A DNA stretch of 63,462 nucleotides, filler included, from Vannella sp. (GCA_023345925.1; 6 parts of 6 records of this genome joined end to end with filler, not necessarily neighbours in it), one strand, 5' to 3'. Shown: positions 45,118 through 57,583, numbered from the whole stretch's first letter. A program made the numbers and translations. The notes: generated from the sequence alone by a model not told the origin.

Positions 45118-48089
45118 ATGTGGGCTTGGGAAGGCGGTTCCTTCTGGGCAACGGGTCTCGTCCTTGTGGTGACTTTGGTCGTTACTGGGGCGGGTACGTT
45201 TGTTCTTCGTGCTCCTGTGAAGAAGCAGTGGAGGGATTACCAGTGTAGGTCGCTCTGAGAGGTGTCTGGTGTACTGACTGGCGTAGTACTGCGGAAGCGA
45301 AGAGGGGCGACCTTCAAGGAGCTGAAGGAGGAGCTCATTGGCTGCATGGTAACAGATGACCCTGCGGAGATGCGACAGATCATTACTATCGCCCTGCAAA
45401 TGAACCCAGATCGCACTATCCATGATCTTTCCCGCTCCAGCTTGCGTAACGGCGGTCTTCTTTGCTCTGCTTGTCGCTTAGGGCGACTGAACCTAGCACA
45501 GGTCCTTCTAGACTTTAAGGCAGGTCAGTGATATCGCCCCAGCAAGAGGAGAGAGAGAACGCTCACAAAGCAGACAGATATCAACGCTACTGATGCCAAA
45601 GGAGAGGCTCCCTTGCATCTAGCTTCACGTAATGGTAGGAATGACGTAGTGATGATGCTCCTCGATCGAAACTGCGACCCGAACATCCGCTGCACTAACG
45701 GGATGACGCCCCTTCATGTATCTGCTACAAACGGACGCTCTGCTGCCACTGAGTGAGCCTAACGAACAACACTACCGTTTGGGTGACTAACTGCATGATA
45801 TAGGCTTCTTCTGGAGAGAGGTGCGGATGTCCACGCAGTGAATGTGACACAAAAACGAAGTCCTTTGCATTTTTCGGCACAAAATGGGCATGAACGGGAC
45901 ACAGAGCTTCTTCTAGCGAACGGAGCGGATGTCAATCTCGTGGATTTTGAAGGGAACTCCCCCATCCTGGCTTGTGGGAAGAACGGCTCAACCACCATCC
46001 TCCAAATGCTTCTCTCTCACGGAGCCAGTATCCATGTAAGAGCATCTGTTCTACTTCTAAGCTTTTACTTAGTAGACTTACCATCACTAGGACCGGAACC
46101 ATCTTGGATTTAGCCCGTTAATGCGAGCGACTGAGCGGGGGGCTTCGGGCTTTGTGTTCGAAATGCTTCGGCTGGACAGAGAAAATGGACTGAAGGACCT
46201 CATGTTGATGATTGACCGAGTCAGTAACAGTGACGAGCAAAGCCATCCCGAATCCCGAGAGGAGCGGCAAAACAAATTAAGTCACATTCTACAGAATGTC
46301 GTCAAATCCGAGGAGTTTTCTGAGCCATTGCTGTGGGCTATGGACCAAAAGGTTCTCTCTCTTGGTCAAAGCATGCTGCAAGAGGCTTCTAATGAGACCA
46401 AAGCTGCTCTGACCTACTCTACTATTCAACTCATTTGGTTGGTCGAGTTTATTGGAGAAAAGGAGCCAGACATTGCAATCTCGCATGTCCCTACCATTCT
46501 GAATCACCTTCAGCCGCTGTGGGATTCTGTGGATGAGTGTCTTACGAAGCTGGCTCAAGAGACCGACCGAAAAGCCATCTTGGAATCAGTGGCCCCAGTC
46601 ATTAAGGTGTATCATCGTATTGCCTTGGCCATCACTACCAGCATCATGGACGAGAATTCAATCCGAAAGCGCTTCCAAGATTTGGTGGACCGTCACCACA
46701 AGGTACTTTGGGACGCCATTCAAGAGAATCGGGAATTACTCGTTGAGGATCTTAGCTTTGCTCTATTCACGCCTTCCGTCCACTGGGACCACATGGAACT
46801 TACATCGCTTCTTAGCTTTGAGCAGAGGTGCAATTGGATCTATTCTCAACTGGAAGAGATTCAACGCTACCACGAGAATGAGAATGTCACAATCACTGTG
46901 AAGCGTGGCGAATTGAGACAAGACAGCTGCTCGTCCATTATGATGGGAGAAGGACACCTCTTCAAGGGAAAGTTTAACGTTATCTTCGAGGACGAAGTTG
47001 CTGTTGGAGCTGGCGTCCGCCGGGAATGGTTTAACGAAGTCTGCCGCGAGATTTTTGACCCTAACAACGCTCTCTTCCTCGAGTGTGCAGACAGAACATT
47101 GCAACCCAATCCTGCCTCTGGAATTAATCTCGACCATCTCACTCACTTTAAGTTTGCCGGGCGGGTTGTTGGCCTCGCAATCTATCACCGCGTATGGCAA
47201 GCCCCTTTTACACTCTCTTTGTCTCATATTTAGCAGGAATTGATGGACGTCCACTTCTCACGGGCCTTGAATAAGCACATTCTGGGACTTGAGCCAACTC
47301 AAGAGGACCACGAATCCGCGGATCCTGAATTCTTCCAGTACGTTCTCATAGCGTTCCTTAGCAGTACATCCTCACTAGGAACTTAGGAATCTGAAGAACT
47401 TGGTCGCCATGACAGGCGTGGAAGACTTGGAACTCACTTTTACTGCTGAAGAGTTCGAATTCGGTCGGGAGAAGCGTGTTGCCCTTGTAGAGGGAGGAGA
47501 AGACATCGCTGTCACTACTGATAATGTAGAAAAGTATGTCAACCTCCTCCGAGACTTTAAAACGGTCGAATCCATCCGACAACAAAGTCAGAGTTTCCTC
47601 GAAGGTCTCTTCGAGATAGTTCCTGCTTACCTGCTCCACGTCTTCAACGAGTACCAGATTAGCCTTCTCATAGCTGGTGTGCCTACTATCGATGCTGCAG
47701 ACTGGCAAGCGAACACGACTTACACCGGTTATCAAGCTTCGGACGATGCCATTGTCTGGTTTTGGGAGATTGTGCACGAGTACTCGCAAGATCAGCTTGC
47801 CTGCTTACTCCAGTTCGCTACAGGGACGTCCCAGGTACCGTCTGGAGGCTTCAGTAACCTCCGTGGACATGACGGAGTCAGTCGCTTTGTCATCCAGAAG
47901 GTCGATCAAGTCAACTCCTTACCCACGAGCGGGACTTGGTAGGTGCATCCGAAGGGAGAACTATGATGCTAACACATGGCGTGTAGCTTCAACATGCTGC
48001 GGCTTCCTGCATACCCCAACAAGCAGATGTTGGAGGCGAAACTCCTCCTTGCCATCCACTCAGGGTCACGAGGCTTCTCCTTTGCATAG
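45118..48089 (+). CDS. Ankyrin-repeat HECT E3 ubiquitin ligase (HACE1-like), multi-exon; start uncertain
   Basis: Ankyrin repeats (GEAPLHLASRNG, GMTPLHVSATNG, RSPLHFSAQNGH). HECT motifs FEDEVAVGAGVRREWF, FKFAGRVVGLAI, WFWEIV..LLQFATGTSQVPSGGF, LPTSGTC|FNMLRLPAY with the catalytic Cys formed across an intron. Confidence 0.9.
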
Positions 48090-48140
48090 ATAAAGGACTT
48101 TTAGGGTTCCTGCGAGAGTAAGGGAGTACCAGCCCACGGT

Positions 48141-48763
48141 TTAGTTCAATGTCTTGCGAAGAATGATCGCTGTGGCGGGCTCGATGCCTCCAACGTAGTA
48201 GTTCTCGACAGTCTCTGCCTCTTCGAAGCCTGCCTTACGGTAGAAGATGATGGCATCGTTGCCTTGCTGCACGTGGAGGTAAACATGGTCGATCTTTTGC
48301 TTGTTTGTGGTAAAGCGCGTCACAGCCTCCGTTAGAACGAAGTTCAACAGCTTCTGGCCTGTTTGCAAGAGTCAGACTAGACATGGTATCAATCTAGGCT
48401 CTAGAGCACGCCTCACCAATGCCCAAATCACGATAGGGAGCCAGGACACCAAGAGTCATGATGTAGATACAGGCCTTTCCATTCGCCTTCTCCAACCGAC
48501 AGCACACAGCTCCTACTAAAGCATCTCCACTGTAGAATGCTGCCCCCCTGCACGTTAACTACTACCAGAACCAAGGCCAAACCACCTCAGGCTCGCGACG
48601 TACCAAGCTTTGTGGCGTAGTTGGGATCTTCGACGACAGACTGATAGAACTTAGTTTGATAAGGCACTGGGAACAACGTCCGGTTCAACACTCGCAACTG
48701 GCCAACGTTCTTGTCCGTAATGTCTCCCAAGTCCACCCGCGCTGACTTGACCTGCTTCACCAT
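48141..48763 (-). CDS. NAA50: N-alpha-acetyltransferase 50 (NatE), multi-exon
   Basis: LGDITDKNVGQLRVLNRTLFPVPY, VGAVCCRLE..YIMTLGVLAPYRDLGIG, YLHVQQGN..FYRKAGFE..ENYY. Confidence 0.93.
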
Positions 48764-48874
48764 TTGCGCAACAATAAATGGCAATTCTAATGATTTACTG
48801 GAGCTTTGGGCTGATTCCATTTTTTCACTTTTTAGTGCGCTTCAGGAAAAGGGCTCTTCCGCGCCATTCTCTTG

Positions 48875-49393
48875 ATGGAAGACCGCGACGCAGACGACTA
48901 CTTCGAACACGAGCTTTGGGAAGACCACGGCGAAGACCACGACGAAGACCACGGCGAAGACCACGGCGAAGACCACGGCGAAGACCACGACGAAGACTAC
49001 GACGAAGACTTCCAGCTTTATGAAGTCATTGAGTCTCGAGACTTGCTCCGCGTTAAGACCTACTTACAAGCTCACCCGGATGCTCTCAACCAAGTACGAG
49101 GAGAAGGGGAAGGGGAAGGAGAAGAGAAAGAAGAACTCACCATAATGGGGATGCTTTTAGCAAGTAAGTGACTGGTCCATCAGTATCAACGACTAAATGG
49201 GGTGCATTTAGTTTGTAAGTGACTGATCCGCCAGCCCCTTAGTCCCTCCCATTCCCATTCATTTTAATATGTGTTCTCTTTGGGATATGAGGAATGGAGA
49301 AGGACGAAGAAGGGAAGAAAAGAAAAAGAAAAAGGAAGAAGAGGAGAAGGAAAGGAACTCACCATAATGGGGATGCTTTTAGTATGTAAGTGA
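48875..49393 (+). CDS. Ankyrin-like repeat protein, 5' part only: acidic His-rich N-terminus followed by 3-nt micro-exons; truncated at contig end
   Basis: Exon 1 (48875-49093) ends LYEVIESRDLLRVKTYLQAHPDALNQ, an ankyrin helix-turn-helix pattern. It is followed by AG|CAA|GT (49161-49163), AG|TTT|GT (49212-49214) and AG|TAT|GT (49383-49385). Confidence 0.65.
48920..49012 (+). repeat. 12-nt coding tandem repeat GAAGACCACGRC, about 7.7 units (EDHG/EDHD)
   Basis: Directly visible in the sequence. Confidence 0.92.
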
Positions 49394-49493
49394 NNNNNNN
49401 NNNNNNNNNNNNNNNNNNNNNNNNNNNNNNNNNNNNNTTAATTAATTAANNNNNNNNNNNNNNNNNNNNNNNNNNNNNNNNNNNNNNNNNNNN
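49394..49493. other. Artificial contig linker
   Basis: N-TTAATTAATTAA-N. Confidence 0.98.
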
Positions 49494-49590
49494 AAAAGTG
49501 AAAAAATGAAATCACTCCAAAAGCTTATCCTGAAGAGATGGAGGTCATCAGGGCAAGCTACGCAAACACGAGTTCTGCCCCCCCCTTCAC
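49494..49590 (+). repeat. Third copy of the dispersed TATCCTGAAGAGATGGAGGTCATC element, at a contig start
   Basis: AATGAAATCACTCCAAAAGCTTATCCTGAAGAGATGGAGGTCATCAGGGCAAGCTACGCAAACACGAGTT aligns with the reverse complement of about 15637-15712 and with 15781-15855. Confidence 0.75.
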
Positions 49591-49772
49591 TAGTGGATTT
49601 TCTCTTTTCGCTGAGCCAGGCTGAAGATCTCAGGTTTGGTTTTGGTTATCTTTCGGAACTCCTTTGAGGCTCATGCAATCCATCACACGAAGACTATAAA
49701 CGATGTCTACTTCACAGTGATGACTTTAGGGAGCTCGTTCATTGCAAAGCTTTATGTGGGGAGGTAGACTTG

Positions 49773-51929
49773 CTAGTCATCGTTTGCAGCCTGTGCAGGG
49801 TAGGCTTTGCTGGTCTCGCTCCAAGAGGCGGTGTTGGAGATGATAGCTGAAATGAAAGGAACGATCTCGGAGATGGGAATGCGAATCTGTGCCATGCTAT
49901 CGCGCTCACGAAGGGTGACAGTGGGAACCTCGCCATTGTTCACCTGGTCGAGGGTTTCAAAGTCGACTGTGATGCCAAAAGGCACACCAATCTCATCTGT
50001 ACGGGCATAGCGCTTACCAATAGACTGTCCTACATCATCTACCTTGCTGCTGATGCCAGCAGAAGTGAGAAGGGAGGAAATGCTCGACACCACAGGAAGG
50101 AACTTGGGGTTTGACTGCAGAGGGAGGACAGAGCACTTGACAGGGGCGATCACAGGGGAGAGGCCAACCACAGTTCTACGGGCATCCTCGCGGGCATAGA
50201 AAGAGTGTTCGAGCAGCCCATAGAGGATGCGGCCAACTCCAAAGGAAGGTTCGATCACAGAGGGAACGATGTTCTCTCCAGCCACCTTCTTCTTGACAAC
50301 CTTTAAGGAAACCATCTCTGGTACAATGGTGAAAGAGGTGGATCCCACTAAGATGTCGGCTTTGCCACTGCGAAGACTCTCTTGCAGCTCAGAAAGCTGC
50401 TCGGGCTCAAGACCAACTAGATAAGCGGTAACAGCAGCAGCATCCTTCATGAAAGCCTTCCCGATCACCGGCTTGATAGGTGTCAGTGTCAGCTGCTCCA
50501 CTTCAATGGGCTTGTCATAGGGGCGGAACACGGTCATGCGTGCACCGGAGCCTTTCGCGTGCTTCGTGAGATCGTAGCAAGCGCGATCAGCGATACCCAA
50601 CGACTCGACCCATCCATAAGAAGTAAGGATCTCAGCATCCCAGCAGTCCTGCGCGTAGTGGGCCATCTCGTTGTCACGATGTTGTCTGAAGCGGAAGAAG
50701 TTCTTCTTGACGCCAATCGCCTCCAAGAAGAGCTGAACCCGAGCGATGAAGTAACCAATGGTCTCGTTTTGGATGACCTTCTTGTCCAGAGCTTCTCCAA
50801 TCGTCATCGACACGGGAGTAGCAACCTTTCGAGATTGGCGCTCTCCAGAGAAGAGGGAAACCACTGTGTCCCGGACTAAGGAGAACTTGGGATGTCTCTT
50901 ATCATCAGGGAAGACAAAATGTTCGATCTCCGCCAAGGTGAACTCTCTCACACGGAGAAGGCCAGAGCGTGGGGCAATCTCATTGCGGTATGCCGAGCCG
51001 ATGGTGGCACCAGCAAAGGGGAGACGGTTACCATTGAACTCCAGAAGGCGTCCAAAGTTCACGAAGATGCCCTGAGCTGTCTCAGGTCGGAGGTAAGAGG
51101 TGCCTCCAGTACCGTGGCCGACACTTGTTCCAAGCATAAGATTTGCTGGGAAAGGATCAGAGATGGGGTTCCCTTCAGGGCTCTGGAGGGGGTCAGCCAT
51201 ACTTCCAAGTATCTGAACGAGAGGACACTTACGACAACCTTGTACTTCTTCATGACCTCCCCGAGTTCTTCGCATGAGTAATCATCAGCAGAGCGGAGAA
51301 CTGAACGGTACTCCTCCAATCGATCGGTGGGAGTCGAAGGGGACTTGATGAGATCCTTCATGATGTCTTCAAGAAGGTGGTCAGCGCGGTGGTAAGCTCC
51401 AGTTGTAAGATCCTTAACAGTCAGATCGTTGAACTTCTTGACATGGCCAGAGACCTTGAGAACGATCTCAGGGGTGACCGTGGAAGTGTCAATTTCCAGC
51501 ATGTTCTCTTCAAGGACGAAGAACTGTCTCCAGAAGGCCAGTAAGTTGTTCTTAATGGCACAGCCAGGTGGCCCGTAATCGTAGAAGCCCTTGGCACCTC
51601 CATAGATGCTAAACGAGGGGCAGATGAAGAAGCGGCGAGTCAAAAGGTTCTCGAAAGCTTCCCGATCGATCTCTAACTTGTCTGGGGGGAAAAGAGACTT
51701 TTCCTAAACAATCTCTCGTTAGACCAACGCCTACACGAGTGAAGAAACGCACCAAAGCACTGAAGGCAGCCTTGGCACTCTTCAGCTCCTCCACGACAGC
51801 GCCAATCTCCTCCTTTGCGGCACCATTGACCTTGAGTGTTTGGATTCTCTCAGCAATCGCTGCGATGTTCACCTGGGCAGCTTCCCACTCGACGATGAGC
51901 AGTTCCTCTAGTTCCTCCTGCGTGGACAT
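49773..51929 (-). CDS. GARS1: Glycyl-tRNA synthetase (eukaryotic alpha2 type) with an N-terminal WHEP-like domain, multi-exon
   Basis: SFSIYGGAKGFYDYGPPG, SGHVKKF, RADHL, YLRPETAQGIFVNF, RNEIAPRSGLLRVREFTLAEIEHF, EMAHYAQDCWD, VIEPSFGVGRI, SIGKRYARTDEIG. Confidence 0.97.
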
Positions 51930-52120
51930 GGCGATAAAAATGAGTAATCACGATGATTTCTCTTGGCCAACCAAAAAAAAAGAAAAAAAAGAAAAAGACT
52001 TTTTGGATGAGAATGCCCAGAATACTTGCTATTTGAGACCAATCCTCTATCATGGATTGGGGCAGATCATCTTGGGAGGACCAGAGGATGATCTTCATTA
52101 TACACCAGCTGTTTGATCTG

Positions 52121-53432
52121 TCAACAGATCAGGCAGCCGTTCTTCTTGGCGGTCTCCAGCACTTTGGTGCACTCGCGGTGGTTGCGTAGTTTGGACCAGT
52201 GGATCGCGTCCAGAGGCTTCTTTTTGTCCAGCTCAGGGTTGCTGTATTTGAGATCAAGACGAGCACCTCCTTCAAGGAGGAGTTGGACCATTTCTGGAAG
52301 GTTCTCCTCCACCGCGATGATCAGTGCGGTCTCTCCCTTGCTGTTGAGCTTGTTGATGTCCACCTTACTTTCACAGAGGAGTCGTACGATTGCTGGACGG
52401 TCACTAGCGTCGAGTAGCTCATTAGAAGAGTTCCAAAGGGCAGGTGTCACGTACAACTTAGCGGCAGCGTGGATGCAGTTCTCATTGATGTCAGCACCCT
52501 TTGAGATCAGAAGTTTGACAATCTCGGGTTCCCCACCGGCACACCCGCAGCCCAGGGGCGTGTCGCCATCCTCATTCTTTTGGGAGAGGTTCACTGCGAT
52601 CGTGTCAGCCTGAGATTATTGATGCACATGCATGTTGTTTCTCACCACCAGGTATGCCATCAAGGAATAGCTTGACTCCCTCCTTGTTCTTTCGAAGAGC
52701 CACCTCATGCAGTGGAGTGTTGCCCTTCTTCGTCGCTTGGAAGCGGGCCCCCTTCTCTGTCCCTTTGTTAGTTCGTGGAAGTTGGTTTCCTTCAAGTCCT
52801 CACTCACCTAAGAGGAAGGTTATCGCCTTGGTTGCGCTGTTACGAGCAGCAAGGAGGAGGGCGGTCTCCCCGTTGTTATTCTCTTCGTTGACATCTGCTC
52901 CAGACTCGAGAAGGAACTCAAAGGGCTCAATTTGAACTGGGGGTTGAGCACACTCAAGGAAAGGGGTGTTTCCTTGATCGTCTCGCATCTTCAGGGCTCG
53001 CCCTTCTCCGTCTAACTCGATGAACTGGTGGATGAGCTCCATGTTGGAGATGAGGCATGCACAGTGTAATGGCGTCTGTCCACTAGACCCTGCATCATAA
53101 ACGTTGCTCTCGTCGTGTCCCACGAAGACCTGCACTGCGTCGAGGTTTCCCAACAGAGCTGCGCGCATGAGCGGTGTTCGCCCTTGGCGATCAGAGATTT
53201 TGGGGTCTGCTCCGTTATCGAGTAAGGTCTGAATGATGTAATGGTCACCTCCCGTGGCAGTGACGTGCAAAGCAGTCTCTCCCATGTTGTTCTTGTCATT
53301 GATGGTTTCTTGGATGTTGGGAGATGCAGCAATGAGCTTCTCAACCACATCTCGCTGTGCATTCGAGCACGCAACGATAAGTTTCTTACTTCGGTCTTCA
53401 TTCAGTTTGTCCTCGTTGAAGTACTCGGACAT
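52121..53432 (-). CDS. Ankyrin-repeat protein, three exons
   Basis: GETALHVTA, GRTPLMRAA, GQTPLHCAC, GNTPFL, GETALLLAA, GNTPLHEVA, GDTPLGCGC and GETALIIAV. Introns at about 52764-52808 and 52595-52650. Confidence 0.9.
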
Positions 53433-54844
53433 GGCGCAGGATTAAATAAGGTATCGAAAGGTTCTACTTTTTGCTTGTGATTCCATTTCCACATTGTTTG
53501 TAGAAAGAGACATCCAGTCCACGCTCCATTTGCATCTCATTGAGGGATCGATCCCTGTCGCCACCGCGATCAGTGCGGTCTCTCCCTTGCGGACGTGGTT
53601 GAGTGGGGCGGTGAATCCTCTAAGCCTATTTTCTGGAACCTGCAGTTCGGATCCTTCCACACCATACAGTTGAGAGTGTTGCAGGAAGAGCTCAGTGGTC
53701 GCTCCCCCCAATAATCGAAAACCTTCTTTGCGAGTTCTCGCTTGTCTGTTGGGACGCCGGAAGATGAGCTGATGGCTTTACTCGTGCTATGAAGCTCACT
53801 GTGGCCCGCTCAGCCAAGAGAGAACGTGCAAACGAAGGATGATGATCCTTCAAAAGGCAATTCCTGGAGGAAAAGATTCAATAAATAATAATAAAAAGAA
53901 ATCTCCAAATTTTGAGACCGGGAATTTGTTTTACTCTTTTCACGCTCTCTGCACAATCTTGAAAACGACAATTTGCCGCCAGTGTCCTCTCTAATAATAA
54001 CATATGAATTAAGGTTACCGGATGTTCTTCCACTGGCAGAATATGCTCTGGAAAGCATCTCACTCTTCAAAAGACAGTGGTTTATCTACAAAGAGGCGAA
54101 GAGAGACGATTTTTTAATAATTCGGACTTAGTAAAAAAGCATTTGTGTGCTGTAGGCCGTGGCTGGCCACAGTTGAAAAGCACCTCAAATTTCGATCGGA
54201 CCAATGGACTCTTCATGTGTTTTGGTTGGGGTACTTTTTGGGCTCATTTGATATCATCGACTCTCTCACCCGGCGAGAACGCTATCAGTTTCTCTTTGAG
54301 CGTTGCTACTACTTATTGCAAGGTTTCTTTTGAAAGTGAGACAGTAGAACCCGCGAACCATGGTTGGACCGATTCAGGAAGTCTTTCACTGAAAGAGAGA
54401 GAATTCGAGGCAGGTGTTGGTCACCACCAAGGAAAGCTCCAAAGAAGGGGAAAATCTTGAGTGTGGCCAAACGGACCATCTCACAAACTTTGCTCTTCTC
54501 TTGGTGGGGAGCGACGCTGATGATCCCTGCTTGTCTGGCAAGGACAACACACTTGCATGGGTCTCTCTTGGAATGGTGGCTGGGGCTGTAGTGGTTGTTG
54601 TATTCTCTGTGGTACTTCTGGAAATTCGGATGCGATGGAAGAATCGACCATTCGCAATTTACCTGGAGAGCAGGACAAGAGACACTCACTCCATAAAAAG
54701 CATCGAAAACTCGCTCTTTGTTTTCCTTTTATGTCACTAAACATGACTTTCTCAGAAGCATTTTTGTTTATCAACCAAAGCCCTGGCTCGATAGAGTGAG
54801 GATGGAGTAAGTTAATGAAACAGAATGAAGATTTTTGGGATTTA

Positions 54845-57557
54845 TTAAATCAAGCTGAAGGCACTCCTAGCAGACTTTGGGGGAGGACCACGGTGGGAGA
54901 TAAAGCCGTAGGCCCTCTCGTAATCGTCTTGGTCAATAGTTTGTTGAATAACGAAGCGGACGGTGGGGATGACTTCGTTTTGGCCGAGGCGATGCGCCCT
55001 AGCAATGGCTTGAGAATCCATCGCCCGAACTTCCTCTTCTGATCCAACGACAGGATCGATCAAAAGGACATGAGTAGCTTCGGGCAAGTGCGCTCCAGAT
55101 GCAAAATTCTTTTGAGACAAGAGAAGTATCCTGGAAGATCCTTCTCCAGTGCTCCGAAAGCGATCTAATTGCTTTTTTCTTTCACTGACGTTTCCTTTGC
55201 AAAAAACTAATTTGTCCTTAAACGTCTCTGGATCATGATTTCTCAACTCATTAACATATTCAGCCAGCCTACATTTGGATTGAGAGAACATGATTATCTT
55301 CACGGAGGCTTCTGCACTCATCATCTTCTTTAAGTACTTTGCAGTTTCCGCAAACTTGGGTCCGCGGCGTGAACGGAGGGCAGAGCACCAGGAATCATCG
55401 TTCGTGTCCCCAATCGATAGAGATAAGGCAATTTCTGGGTCGACTTTCGTTTCAGCTCTCAAAACAGAGTCAATTATGTCCACTTGGCCCTGGCAATAGA
55501 GGCAAAGTCCTTTGTTTTGGAGCGTTTCGACAAGACAAAGAGAGCAAAGCGTATGACCACAGGTCAATGATAAGCAGCCAAGAGTGTGCTTCCCACATCC
55601 ATCGCAATAGTCAAAGTTACTCTCGCCAGTCATCAGCCGAGTAAAACAAGTGATTTGGCAAACTCTCTGGATGATTCTCCTCTCTAAGTAAGGGATTGTT
55701 AGAGTCTTCCATCCTCCAATAACCTGATTATGCTCTTCTATCTCTCGTATTGTCAACATATGAGGAGGGGATCTCAGAGTTTCTTGTGCCTTTTCGAGTA
55801 GTTTTTGTGATTTCTTCCAAGATACGACATGCGAGGCCATTTGCTCCTTATAAAATGCCACTAGCTTTGTTGGCAGTTTAGGGTCACTCAGTGATCCAAG
55901 ATGAGATCTTGGATTCCCAACATATCGGCGCAATGCGGCAGGGTCCTCATCAAAGGTGGTGGCGTCGTAGATGGTCTGCTCGATAGGAGTAAGCGACACC
56001 AGGACTGCTTGTTTTTGGATTGCAGGAAGGTTTGTTTGCTCGCTGACATCGTCTTTCATGTTCCTTCGGAAGATATGCTGTCTTACGGCCTGACGCTTAA
56101 CCACTTCACCCGCAAGAGTTCCTCCGTAACGGCCCAATTTTAAGTTCAAGAACGCCAAAGCGTTAGAGAGAGATTTCCGTCTGTCTCGCGGAGGCGTTCC
56201 AGTGACGTACCAACGGAAGTTGGAAACAAAATGGTCCAAGTTATTGGTCGCGAGGACTTCATTTCCTTCATCGAGAATGATCCGATGCCAGTCTACTTGG
56301 TGAAATAAAGGCCTCACATGAGTCGATTGCGGTTTCGAGGCTGTAAACGGAAGGCTCGACTTGGCTCTGGTTTCCATTTCCCGTTTTTGGGGCATAAACT
56401 CGTAATAAGCGTTGGAGAAGAGAAACTTCTCCGAGACAATCACAACGTCCACATCAAGTAACGCCTGGTACGTTAATTTCCTGTGCTGGACAGCAAAAGC
56501 GACGTAAATGCAAGTTAAGGAAGAGTTTGAAGTGATCTCTTGCCGCCATTGATCCACCAGTTGACTTGGACAAACAACAAGCGTTGCTTTGCTGACAAAA
56601 GTAGGAATCTTAGCTCTGATTCCCCCTTTTCCACCTGAATACCTTCCCTCTTCGTTCACTTCTCGAGGATGAGAAAGAACCAACGCTATCATGGAAATCG
56701 TTTTCCCCAATCCCATTTCATCGCATAGCATTCCTCCTTGGACCGAAAACGAGTTGTTGAACTTTTTCTCGTTGAAGTCCACCGTATTCCTGTTGAACAA
56801 AGCTTTTTTGTCCTTACTGAATGTGTCTAAGACAAGAGGAAGGCTTGGCACACGGATCAATGTTGAGAACGTGAATCGACCTCGGGATAGAACAGTCCTT
56901 TCTAGATTCAACATCCTTCCCTCCTATTAATTGTGATTCTCGCGCGTTCCATTTTGACTGACCAGGTGAGATTGGCACTCTGGAATCCAAATAGTCTCAA
57001 GGATAATCCTTCTGGCTGGAGGCAACCTCTTTCATTAGACCCAGTCGTCCATGAATGATTCCAGGAAACGTTTGGAAGCATCAAAATGGCGCAACGGAGA
57101 CGATCCCAATAGATCACTTCGAGAGTATCATCTGGCAGGCTGAATCCTTTCTCGAGAGCCGCTGCAACCTCTCTTGCTTTCAAGAAGAAGATACCAGGGG
57201 ATCTATCGCTTTTGTGAGCGCAAGAGAATCATTCGTGAAGGACACCTACGCATCTCGTGGCTTTCGGGAAGGTTGATATGGAGTGACAAAGCGACGAGAA
57301 GGAATCTTCCGAGTGCATGCCATTGGTAGAACAAGCGGAAGTTTGTATCGAATAGGCCAATACTCAAGGCCTACGTAAGAAGTAAGAAGATCCATCAACC
57401 GACGGCAGGTAAGCCCCAAGTGGAGGCGATCAGAGTCAGAAAGAAAGCTACAAACAACAACCCACAACAAAAGGGGAAGATTTGCCAAAGTGTACACCTC
57501 CTGTGGCCTTGCAAACATTTGTTCGCACCCAAATCCTTTCTCACAGATTGGCATCAT
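54845..57557 (-). CDS. F-box + SNF2 (Rad5/16-like) ATPase + RING + helicase-C protein, two introns
   Basis: F-box LANLPLLLWVVVCSFLSDSDRLHLGLTCRRL. Splicing gives LFGFQSANLTW|MLNLE. Motifs GGMLCDEMGLGKT, TLVVCPSQLVDQW, RIILDEGNE, RWYVTGTP; RING CDGC..CGHTLCSLC..CLYC; SGAHLPEATHV..QAIARAHRLGQ. Confidence 0.88.
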
Positions 57558-57583
57558 CTCTAGTCTAGAACCAACCGCTGGGT

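Noticed and set aside
44914..45423. 169-aa minus-strand ORF
   Set aside because: It overlaps the 5' exons of the plus-strand ankyrin-HECT gene and has no domain signal.
48737..48748. KSAR in the NAA50 N-terminus
   Set aside because: N-terminal position in a conserved housekeeping protein and followed by V; treated as chance and not counted with the C-terminal motif.
48920..49012. Short direct repeats considered as a CRISPR array
   Set aside because: Contiguous 12-nt units with no spacers, in frame in a eukaryotic CDS, and no cas genes.
53700..54800. Overlapping short ORFs, one with a TM-like segment (54414-54740)
   Set aside because: Fragmented in all frames with no family signature; possibly a pseudogene, but not supportable as a feature.
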